Source of the DNA: Octopus bimaculoides
Taxonomy: Eukaryota
Assembly (NCBI RefSeq): GCF_001194135.2
Contig: NC_068985.1
Location: 85,199,638-85,238,324 of the forward strand
Length of the DNA: 38,687 nucleotides
Direction of reading: 5' to 3'
The notes beneath the pieces were generated by a model. It was not told the origin of the DNA, did no database searches, and was given only the letters and a program-made list of their open reading frames with translations. Position numbers and translations under genes: made by a program. Below, piece after piece: positions 1 through 11,444 of the stretch; position 1 is the stretch's first letter, and the number at the start of each line of letters is the position of its first letter.

Positions 1-63
1 AACCTATTTGCATATGCTCCACAAGGGAAAACAAGGAACATTGTTTACAACGAGGTGTTATAA
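1..63 (+). mobile_element. C-terminal end of a Helitron Rep/PIF1-helicase ORF (truncated by window edge)
   Basis: Frame 1 reads NLFAYAPQGKTRNIVYNEVL*, the typical Helitron helicase C-terminus. Confidence 0.7.
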
Positions 64-356
64 TCACAACAGCAAGAAAGTATGTACATGATCACCTTCT
101 TTTACGAAACTTCATTGACTTTCATATATTTATATTGATATACATATATGTGCGTGTGTGTGTGTATATATATCTCTATATAAAAAGATGAGAATGTGTG
201 TCTGTCTGTCTGTGTGTCTGTGTGAATCCCTAAAACTCGAGAACTACACAACTCTCTTTTACAAACCCAATGAAAATACATATATTTCATATGTCAAAGA
301 AATTCAAGCAATAGATATAACACCAAAGTTAAAAACATTCCCAACAATTCCACAAT

Positions 357-545
357 CCCCAACCTCCAGAGCTATTGAAGAAACTGTTATCATCAACTGA
401 CCAAGATTCCTAACATTTGCAAAACAAAATTAGACAATACGATGCTGTACTAGAGATGACATCATTTGGAACCACAAGAGATTTAACTGAGGTAGCATTC
501 ATCTAAACTTTCAAGATCTAACCTCAGATTTATCATCACATTGTC
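357..545 (+). pseudogene. Decayed Helitron Rep N-terminal fragment
   Basis: PQPPELLKKLLSSTDQDS*HLQNKIRQYDAVLEMTSFG...FI*TFKI*PQIYH resembles the conserved IRxYNS..QMTSFG...PTFKIQGQIYH block; three in-frame stops. Confidence 0.7.
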
Positions 546-818
546 AAATGAATCACCAAAATTGGCCTTTCATCATTTATAATCCGTACCTGTATGTGTG
601 GTTACGAAATAAAATACACAAAACGTGTTTCTGAATTACGTGTATTTACTTTATATACATATGAGTTGAAAACTTTCTTCTAGCATTTCACTTAATGTCT
701 ATGTTCCATGCTGGCATGGATTGGAGAGTTATTGATGTAGAAATATGGTATCGTAGCTACTAACAGTTGAGGGTTGCGTAGTCTAGACGGCGTTTTTAGA
801 TTTCATTATTCTCTTTAA

Positions 819-847
819 CCCGGGCAACGCCGAGTATTTCTGCTAGT
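819..847 (+). mobile_element. Helitron 3' terminus (GC hairpin + CTAG|T)
   Basis: cccgggcaacgccgag hairpin (819-833), then CTAG at 843-846 and T at 847, the canonical Helitron end. Confidence 0.7.
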
Positions 848-1831
848 CAAAAATAAAAAATATTACATTTTATATTACATTCACATCTTTGAAAGTTTTT
901 AAAATATTTACTTCCAGTGTTCTGGCATCAGTGATGTAGCATATCTCTTTATGCATATCTCTCTATCCATCTCTCTCTATCTATCTCTATGTAACATATC
1001 TCTCTATTTATATCTCTCATTTTCACTTTCATTTTTCAGATACTATTCTTTTCACTTTCAATTTTCATAAACCATTGTTTAGCTTCCATGTCATTGTTTT
1101 CACTGTAAGTTGAAGTTTTCAATCGCTATTTACAAACAAACAACGACAAATTACTGACAGAAAGAAGCTCACAATTACTGATGTGCACAATTTCATAATT
1201 TACTGACAGAAATATCTTCATAAATTTCAATTCAATCCGTATAGTTTTGTGTTTTTCTGTTGCTGATGGTTTCTTTCTGGTTCCTTTGATACTGGCTGTT
1301 TGGTTCACTGACTGACAAATTTCACTTCAACAAATTTCGCTGTACAATACTTTATTTTCTGTTAAAATTTCTTATTTACTTTCTGCCCATCATATTAAGA
1401 AACTTAATTTCTGTCACCAAGTTATTTTCATTGTTTACTATCTTCTGTACTTGTGTACTTCTGTATACATATATAACCATGCCTAGAAGGAAAGTGTCCA
1501 AATTTCTTGGCATAACTACAGATTTCTGCACCCCTGCCCTGACTTTGGATGATCATAACTTTCAGAAAAACGGATATTTTTTTATGAAATTTTCTACAAA
1601 TATGTGTTATATCATGTATATTCCAAATATACAAAATGTTTTTTTGGAGTGGGGTTAAGTGTTATAGGAGGGGTTGGGTGGAGAATTTCTGAAAATTCAC
1701 TGGAGTCCACTTCAATTTGTCTTAACTTTCAAGAAAATGGATATTTTTTAATGAAATTCTCTACAAATATACCTCAGACTATTTAGATTCCAAGGACATG
1801 TGAATCTTAGGGGAAAACAATTGGGGGTTAT

Positions 1832-2368
1832 TTTTGAGAACTGTTCCCCACTCGGGGGTGTTTCAGAACAAGTCGTCTATATTTGTTTCATTTTCTCTGT
1901 TTTGTGCGTTTATGCATCCGTAGATTTCTACTGAAGCAACAAACAAGCAATGATGGCAAATGAAGCCCTCACCAGAAAACTCGCTATGCTAAAAATAACA
2001 TCTAACGGCCTAGTACACAGAAATATGTTATTAAGACAACTTATCTGTTGCATATGATTTTTTTTCACCTTAAGTAAATACCCAGACAAATGTTTCTAAT
2101 AGAAAGGCAAAAGACACCAGAAGCAAAAATAAGGAATATACATGCATAGTTAAATATAGAAGTGTAAAGTATAATTTGTTACATAATCTCTATAATAAAC
2201 ATGATACTGAATGGAATAAGTCCCTGTTTGAACTTTTTTAATTACATATGTGTGTGTGTGTGTGTATGGTAGAAATCTATGGATGCACAAATGCATGAAA
2301 CAGAAAAAATGAAACAAATATGGACGACTTGTTCTGAAACGCCACCGAGTGGGGAACAATTCTCAAAA
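1832..2368. repeat. Foldback/MITE-like element with about 100-bp inverted arms
   Basis: 1832-1931 is the reverse complement of 2269-2368 with about a dozen mismatches; 337-nt spacer; no TSD found. Confidence 0.8.
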
Positions 2369-2376
2369 GCTACTCA

Positions 2377-3747
2377 GAGTGCTATTATCTAAGACTTCTA
2401 TTACACCATATCAAGGGACCCACATCATTTACAGCGTTACGTACGGTTGATAACACAGTATGTCAAACATATCACCAGGCTTGCCATCTCAGAGGTCTTC
2501 TAGAAGATGATGCACACTGGGATGCCACTCTGACAGAGGCACAAATGTGCAAGTCTCCTATGCAGCTGAGAAACCTCTTCTCCATCATGCTGGTGAACTG
2601 TGGATTGTCGAATCCAAATCAACTTTGGTACAAAACAAGGAGGGGCTTTCTAAAGACATTCTTCAAAGAATTCAATATCAGCGAGATGGTGATGTCACGT
2701 TCAATGATGACATCTTTAACGAGGCATTAAGATTAATAGACGACAAGGTTAAATCACTGGGTAGAAACAAACTTGAAATCTATGGTCTTCCAGCTCCTGT
2801 CAGAGATGTTCAACACACATTAGCACAAGAGCTAATCAGGGAAACATCATACAGCATGGAAAGGTTGCAAGCAGTTGTCAATGAAAAGGAACCAATTCTG
2901 GTACAGGATCAAAAGGAAGTATACTGGCAAGTTCTTACATCTGTGGACAATAACACTGGTGGGGTCTTCTTCTTAGATGCTCCTGGAGGCACAGAAAAGA
3001 CATTATTGATCAACCTGCACCTTGCCAAGGTATGACCGAAGGTATGACAGAAGATTGCTCTGGCTGTTGCATCCACTGGAATTGCAGCCACACTCTTAAC
3101 AGGTGGAAGAACAGCCCATTCAACATTCAAGCTGCCTCTGGACCTCATCCAAAATGAATCTCCTTTATGAAACATATCCAAAAATACAGCATTAGCAAAG
3201 CTCTTTACAGATGCCAGAACCTGAATGTTCATACAGATCAATTGACTTTGTTCCTGATCAAGAACAGGTAACACATTACCCAGTGGAGTTCCTCAATTCA
3301 CTTCACCTACCAGGATTTTCACCACACATTCTGATGATGAAAACAGGTGCTCCCATAATGCTATTTAAGAAACCTTGATGCACTAAGACTCTGCAATGGA
3401 ACAAGGTTGGTTGTTAAAACAGCCATGCCCCATGTGGTGGAAGCAACAATAATTACAGGCAACATGATGGGTGAGAATGTATTCATTCAAAGGATACCTC
3501 TCATCTTAAATGATCTCTCTTTTCAGTTCAAGAGACTGTAGTTTCTAGTCAAACTTAGCTTTGCAATGTTTATCAACAAAGCACAAGGTCAATATCTAAA
3601 GGTGGACCTAACCTCCTTCAACCTTGCTTCTCACACGGTCAGCTGTATGTTGGATGTTCTAGAATTGGAGATAAAAAGAACCTCTACATTCTCAGTAATA
3701 AACATGGCATGACAGAAAACACAGTAAATGAAGAAGCACTTACATGA
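2377..3747 (+). pseudogene. Decayed Helitron Rep/PIF1 helicase (3' half) with frameshifts, stops and an internal deletion
   Basis: ECYYLRLLLHHIKGPTSF..LRTVD; FFLDAPGGTEKT (Walker A GKT->EKT); [24 protein letters not shown]; RLCNGTRL; FAMFINKAQGQ; CFSHGQLYVGCSR; helicase motifs II-IV missing near 3220. Confidence 0.95.
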
Positions 3748-3861
3748 ATAGTAGGTTCATGTCATATACAGAAGTGTAAACCCATTGAGTGCTAAAGTAT
3801 CACTATTACACTTTCACTTTTTGACTGACATGCATGAATGTATATCTGTACGTATAAAAGT

Positions 3862-4283
3862 GAAATGAAGTGTTTTGCTCAAGAACACAGTGCATTGCCC
3901 GGTCCAGGAATCAAAACCACAATTTTACAATCACGTGTCCAACACCCTAACCACTAAGCCATGCACCTCCTCATTTGTAACATATGGCTTAGTACATTTA
4001 TATCTGTAGATAAAAAGTACCTAGCCCACTCTGTAAAGTGGTTGATGTTAGGAAGAGCATCCAGACCTCATTGGTGCTGGTGCCACATAAAAAGCACCCT
4101 GTCTACTCTGTAATGTGTAATGTGTTTATTATGTGGTTATTGTTAAAAACCATGCCAAAAGAGACAATGGAACTTGGTGCAGTCTTCTGGCTTGCCAGCT
4201 CCTGTCAAACCATCCAATCCATACCAGCATGGAAAATGGACAGTAAATGATGATAATGATGATGATGGTCATCATCATCATCA
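3862..4283. repeat. Composite repeat copy 1 (SINE head on minus strand + unique linker + RTE-tail-type repeat)
   Basis: Shares architecture and an identical 75-nt segment with 6015-6400. Confidence 0.7.
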
Positions 4284-4546
4284 AGAGACCACATACGTTC
4301 TACAATACGTGATAACATAACTGATTTTAATGATGCAAATGATGATGATGAGATGATGATGATAGTAATCATGTAAATGGTGACATTTATTTCATCTATA
4401 TAATTTCCTTTTTATCTAATTTAATTTTCTCGTTATGTTTCCATTTTTGTTTTGTTTATTTTTTTTATTCTGTTTGGTTCTAAATGCTGTATTTAACTAT
4501 TTAACAGCAATAAAATGAACTGAGGAAGAATTCAGAAGTCACTCAC

Positions 4547-4659
4547 CATATGTATTATCAGCATCAAAGAGAGAGAGATCACCAAGAGTTACCATAATTG
4601 TGATCAGACTATGCCAGAGTTTTAACTTCTTCAGACACATTAGGCAGCCCAACCAGAAC
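4547..4659 (-). CDS. HPS5: HPS5 exon (113 nt, phase 2->1): FWLGCLMCLKKLKLWHSLITIMVTLGDLSLFDADNTY
   Basis: Within ORF 4539..4733; acceptor tttcccag|G, donor ATG|gtgagt; matches FWPGYLILCLEL...IVYLNDMSLM. Confidence 0.88.
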
Positions 4660-7600
4660 CTGGGAAATTTAAGAAATAATTTAATGTTTTCAAATATCAT
4701 AACAAATATATATATATTTACATACATATACAACCACCCCTACATACACACACACACACACACACAGTGAGACTCTTCATGGTTACTTGACCTGGAAGAA
4801 ATAGCAACCAAATTTCCTTTATATTTTTCTAAATATGTAAGTATGTTTGTGTATGTGTGAGTAAATATATTTATATACATATAAACAATAAAATTCTTGT
4901 GTCACTTCATATCTTTGTAAAACAAAATGTTGTTGGAACTCCGTCGCTTACGACGTCGAGGGTTCCAGTTGATCCGATCAACGGAACAGCCTGTTAGTGA
5001 AATTAACGTGCAAGTGGCTGAGCACTCCACAGACACGTGTACCCTTAACGTAGTTCTCGGGGATATTCAGCGTGACACAGTGTGACAAGGCTGACCCTTT
5101 GAATTACAGGCACAACAGAAACAGGAAGTAAGAGTGAGAGAAAGTTGTGGTGAAAGAGTACAGCAGGGTTCACCACCATCCCCTGCCGGAGCCTCGTGGA
5201 GCTTTAGGTGTTTTCGCTCAATAAACACTCACAACGCCCGGTCTGGGAATCAAAACCGCGATCCTATGACCGCGAGTCCGCTGCCCTAACCACTGGGCCA
5301 TTGCACCTCCTAAAAAAAAAAATGAACTAAGCAAAATATCTCAGATTGGTCAGTGGTATAAATCAGCAGAGTAAAGGTGGAGGAATGCCGAACAAGATAG
5401 ATTCCTAATATATTGAAACTATTTTTTGAGATGAGGTAAGCAAACACTTGTAGGAAATTGCAACTGGGTTCAAATGAGAAGAGATAATAACTTATCCTGA
5501 CACACACACATTCTGTTTCGATTTCAATAGTTGTAGAGAGGGTTTCAGACACATAAGAAATTGAACTAAGTAATGTAATACTTTTAGTCTCCAACTGTAC
5601 TTTCTATTCTTCTTTTCCACAACCTCCAAACTCTAAATTATAGTCAACTATGAAAATATCATTTGATGAATATTTTACTTAAATTCAATACAATAGGAGA
5701 TTTTTACTAAAAGATTTCAATCAGAATGTTGTGGTCATTGTGGGGAGGGAGACAGTGATGCCCTACAGTGTTATAATTAAATGAGACTGTCTGCCAGTGC
5801 AATAAGTTTTCTACTAATGACTGGCATTTCAGAGCCATTTCAACAGTTATACTGCACTCTTTTGTAACATATAGTAAAGTTACCTTCTCATGCCATACTG
5901 ACTCATAAGGGCTGGCTTCGCGGTTTCCATGGCATATAAATTCTGCACCTGAATGGAATGCCAGTCCATTGTAAGATTACTCATTTTTGCCAGCTGAGTA
6001 GACTGGAGCAACGTGAAATGAAGTGTTTTGCTCAAGAACACAATGCATTGCCTGGTCCAGGAATCAAAACCACAATCTTACGATCATGATGCTGACACCC
6101 TAACCCTTCATATTTGTATCATATGGCTTAGTACATTTATATCTGTAGATAAAAAGTACCTAGCCCACTCTGTAAAGTGGTTGATGTTAGGAAGGGCATC
6201 CAGCAATAAAAGCTATGACAAACAGACCTCATCGGTGCTGGTGCCATGTAAAAAGCACTCTGTCCATGCCAAAAGAGATAGCGAAGCTTGGTACAGTCTT
6301 CTGGCTTGCCAGCTCCTGTCAAACCGTCCAATCCATGCCAGCATGGAAAATGGACTGTAAATGATGATGATGATGATGATGATGGTCATCATCATGATCA
6401 TGATGACCCAACAAGGAAGCAGCTACATGATTTGCTAGAAATAACAACCAAATCTACCTAGTAAAAATATATTACTGCCTTAAATAGGGAAGAATAGGTT
6501 GGCTAACGAAATCTCATATATACTATATTTGAAAATAAGAAAATAAGGCAGGAGAGTTCCGGTTACAACGCTTTTTAACTTAGGTATGTTCGAACAAGAC
6601 TAACCTGAAACTAAACAACCACCCCAACTCTGTATCGTAAATTGATAAACGTGAAATGATAGGGAAATAAAAATAATTAACTAAGGGAAATAACTCTACA
6701 TATATTGTATGAAGAGTTGTATTCCTTGTTCGTCTTTTCTCTGAGAAATTAAAGGCGAGAAATTATTGATTGGTTCCCAATTTTTGTCACTTCCTCAATA
6801 AGTCGTGTCCAACACATAACGGCATAAAAAAAGGTTTATATAAAACAATGAAATGAAATGAGTTGAGGTTAAAATAGTTGATTTTAAATCAACTATAAAC
6901 ATTAGAATGAACTACAGTCATTAGAAACATTAAAGATGTGGTTTGTAATCCAAATATATTTTTTCTAACAATAATTAGTCTCTGAAGAGACGTAACATTT
7001 TTTTTTCTTTGCTTTTTTGATACATACTTGTTTATTAAACATAGATGCAGCACCTTCTTCCAATGTTCGTCTGCCACGGATTCGTCACGGCAGTTGTTGC
7101 ACAAAAATACAATGATATCTCTGTACTTCCATTTCAACAGATGCATTCCAGCACTGCAATGATACATGAAAAAAAGTTTTAAAAGGTATTTTTCTGAATA
7201 TGGTAAGAACAACATGCCACCTCTATTCTAAGCCAGTCATGGGCAAACTGCTTCGTCCTGTTGGACATTCTGAATTGTATGCTAAATGAAAAATTACCTT
7301 CAATTTCTTTTCAGTAGTATGGCCCACCTGATTATGAGCCATGCCTCATGTGGCCTGCTTCTCAAAATAGGTTGCCTATGCCAGTTTGAAGCTGTGGGCA
7401 TGGATGTTTTGCAACTAAGCTGTATGGTAAGAAGCTTGCTTCCCAACCACATGATTCCAGGTTCTGTCCCACTGCATGATATCTTGGGCAACTGTCTTCT
7501 ACTATAGCCTTGGGCAAATCAAAGCTTTGAGCTAATCAAAGCCTTGTGAGTGGATTTGGTAGACAGAAACTGGAAGAAGCCCATCATATTTATGTGTGTG

Positions 7601-10600
7601 TGTGTTCCTACTCTCCTGAGCTTATCCTTGAAGCACAGGGCCTGTTTAACTCTTTGAAAGGGGGAACTGGTTTACAAAGTAACAGGGCAAGTCTATACAT
7701 TGGTGACCTGTGTGATACTTGTGTATGGGGCCAGTCCAGCTCTGTGTCCTGTATTCCTTTGCCACAGGATTACCTTTTATTATTTGATTCTTAACTGGGC
7801 CCTTGACAAGTACTGCCACCTTGGGCCTGAGTGGAGCTGAGAGTAACTCTTGAACTTCCTATCAATTGTGTATTAGCCCAAATTGTGGACAATGTGGAAG
7901 AAAAAGTGTTGAGAAATGTTCAAAGATATTTACTTACCTTGGAAGTAAAGGGATCACTTTAGTGAATAGTTTGTCATCTACTTTGGATAACAAATATTCA
8001 AGCCAAGTGAACTTTGTTTCATTATTTTCACTGAGTTTGGCCAACATCAGTTTCCTAAAAAGAGGTAATTAATAAGGACAAGTTAAATATTTTGGATAAT
8101 AGATCACATCAATTCTTTACTTGCATAAAAGAAGAAAGTAGAAAGTGCTTAAGTGAGCTTAAACAATGACTGGTATTAATGACATTGGGTATTGAATACA
8201 ACAAAGAAATGACTCAGCTGAGAAAGAGTAAAGAGAAAATGGAGAGATCAGGTCTCAGGGTGATTGGTATCACAGGTGAGATGACAAAGGATTCTCCAAC
8301 TCAAGAAGAGAAGAAGAATACTGTTTGCATATTTCATAAGTGTGTTCTACCCTCAAAACATGCACATATAATATCGGGATAAAAATCTCTCTGACCCTAA
8401 TGTAATTTTGGATCACAATGGACTAATTTAATAATGTATATTTAAAATAGTAATAAAAAAAAAAATGTATATCAAACATAGAAACAAAGAAATGAGTGTT
8501 ATACTGTGATATATTCAAACTTGTGTCCTTGTCTTGGTTGTCATAATCACATTTTGACCATTGTATCCTTCAACCTGCTTCATATACCTGTTGTATTCAT
8601 TAATCTTCTCAGAATTTTTAACTGAATACTTAAATCTACATTGGTAGATTGTTCTCATTCCATTGTCCTTAACAGGGATGGTCTCCTATTAGTTAGTCTT
8701 CTGTTTGTGATGCTGTGTTTAGCCACTTGAACAACAATAAATACAAACTGACTGACCAAAAGATTGAATCAGAAACTTTAAACAACTTTTTGTTGCGGAA
8801 CAAAAACAAGATAACAGATAAGGACAAAACTGAAAGATAACTAAAAGAATCAGTATATGTATGCCATATGGGAACCATTAATTAAAATAGAAAAAATAAT
8901 ATTAAATCTGCAACCTAAGGTTATTTCTTTTATATTTAAAGTTAGGCTCAAAGCTCCTAATTTCCATTACCTAACTGTCCTATAAGTCAATGGGATAGTG
9001 AATATAAGCACTGGTTAAGTGTAAAATATTACATTTGAACCTGGTGAGCATGAGTTTAAACCCAGGGTCAGCCAGTTTAGATATACTCCGAAGTATATCT
9101 TGAAGCAAATTCACTAACGAATAATAGCTGATAATATATTGGGAGAAATATTTATAGCTGTGTAGTTCAGAAGTTTGCTTATCAGCCATGTGGTTTCAGG
9201 TTAAATCCTACTGCATGGCACCTTGGGTAAGTGCCTAGGCTGATCAAAGCCATGTGAATGTATTTAGTAGATGATAACTGACAGACATTTGCCATGTGTG
9301 TGTTCGTGTGTCCTTTTGTTTTGATATCATGTGATAGTTGTAAACAAGTGTCACTGTCAAACCAGGGGTTTTCTTTAAGTCCAATCTTCTGTAAAAACAT
9401 GCTCAGAAACAAGTGAGGGTTGGTGACAAGAAAGGCATTTGGCCATGCTTGCTTCTTGCTTACTTCAAGCTCTTGCTTAATGGGTCTGGGGTCCCAGAGG
9501 TGTAATTGTGTAAAGAGCCAGCAAGGTCCACTAGTGTTCCCCATCATTGGTAGTCCTCTACCAGCTCTTCTGCATCCTCCAAGATGATGTTGAGCATCTG
9601 GGAGATTTTACTTAAAGATGATGTTGAGCCTCTGGCCATAGAAAATCTAATTCAACAAATTCTGTCTGACCCATGCAAACATAAAAAAGTGGACATTAAA
9701 ACGATAATGATAATGAATTTGTTTTGAGGTACATCATCAATCACTGTATCAACCACACTATCGAATGTTGTTATAAACCACAGTGTGCTTCTTTATATTG
9801 TTGTAGTTTTCAAATGATGCCATCCCACTGGTAAGATCAAGGCATTTAATTTGGATGGCTGAAAGCGGGAAAGTTGTTTTAATGTAATCTATAGCATGTC
9901 TGTCAGAAGATGCCTGGTTTGTGTCCCATAAGTAGCTTTCTGCCTTTTCTTTTCCATCCAAGGAATTTTTAATGCAATGTATTAGAAGATATTATTCACA
10001 GCTGAATTTGCTTTCAGATACAAGGCACCTTGGGCAAGTGTGCTCTACTATAGCTTCAGGACAACTAAACCTTAGTAGGGGGATATGGTGGGCAGAAACC
10101 CGAAGAAGCCAGCAGTATATAAGTGTGTACATGTGTGTGCATGCATGCACATGTGCACCCTTGTCTTGACATCATGTGATGGTTGCAAACAGGCATCAGT
10201 CATACAAACAATGTTGTTTGTTTCTAGCCTTCCATGACAAATATTTGGCCATGGGGTAATCTTACCTTACCTGGAGACAGGTGAGGATTGGTGACTGGAA
10301 AAGCTTCCAGCTGTAAAAAATCTGCTCAAACAAAATTCTTTACAATCATGGAAAAGTGGACGTTAAATTATCAGGAGGAGGCATCATCAACATTTAATGT
10401 CGGTTTTCCATGCTGGCATGAGTTAAATGGCTTGACAGGAACTGGCAAGGCCAGGCATTGCACCACTTTTCCATGGTCTGTTTGGTTTCTATGGTTGAAC
10501 GCCCTTCCTATCACCAACTATTTTACAGAGTGTATTTTTACATGGCACCATTACCTGTGCTTTTTACGTGGTACCATCACCAGTGCTTTTTACGTGGTAC

Positions 10601-11379
10601 CAACATCAGTGTATTTTATGTGGCACTTTGGTTTTAGGATCTCAGTTCTGTTGTGGTGGACAGGTCTTCTGAGATAAAGAATGGAAATAAATTTTTCTAC
10701 TTACTTATCGAAGCTTACGTTGATTCTTGCCATCATGTACGAATGGAAATGATGGAGGGGAAAGTTATGTAAGTAACTGAGGTAGAGAACATCAAGTGGT
10801 TGTACATGTTCTGAATTCTGTACGGAAAACTCCACAATTTCTGCTGGACGGAAACTAAACAACCTGAAATATACAAATGAGAAATAGTATTGTTGCATTA
10901 ACGGTAAATAAATGGGTTGCAATCAAAAGCATGGATATACAAATCAGTGGTGGTAGCATTGTAGTTCTTCACAATCGTCACTGTTACCACCTCTATCATA
11001 ACTGTATCTGTAACAGTGTGCAGTCGCTGCAGTGGAAACACATCTAGGTTATTTTAATACTCTGTATATAACTATATATAAAATAACTTTGTGGATGTAC
11101 AAGTCTCCATGCGCCAGACTCTAGTGAGGATGATGTCATATTATGTAGTAAAACTGATAAAAGCGTACAGAAAACATGCGATGAGTGAAAAGTTCAACAT
11201 TCCAGATGCAGTCCTTCAGCTAAAAAGTTGAAAGGAGAGAGAAATTAATCAGAGACAACAAAGTTTTACATCCTCTAAGTTAAAAAAGAAACAAGCTCTA
11301 ACTGATAGCTCAGGTGGTCCTGTGCTCCTTATCAATTGCAACCAGTCTTTTTAACACCTTTCTCATTGGAGTTTGTTTG

Positions 11380-11444
<65 letters not shown>

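Noticed and set aside
1126-1308. Minus-strand ORF as the next HPS5 exon after 4547
   Set aside because: It lacks the expected W.P....EW..LL / VENVALLL-type motifs and suitable splice sites; the remaining exons probably lie left of the window
5235-5310. tRNA gene on the minus strand
   Set aside because: The tRNA-like head runs into a SINE body and tail, and the acceptor stem and T arm are imperfect; it is a SINE head
7640-7850. HDV-like or hammerhead ribozyme in a LINE-5'-like repeat
   Set aside because: A GGCCC..GGGCC hairpin is present, but I could not assign the catalytic core; an Infernal search with Rfam HDV/hammerhead models would be needed
9758-9961. Minus-strand 67-aa ORF as an extra HPS5 exon
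   Set aside because: No convincing splice sites or homology; exons 10705-10863 and 7938-8054 already join in frame and align without a gap
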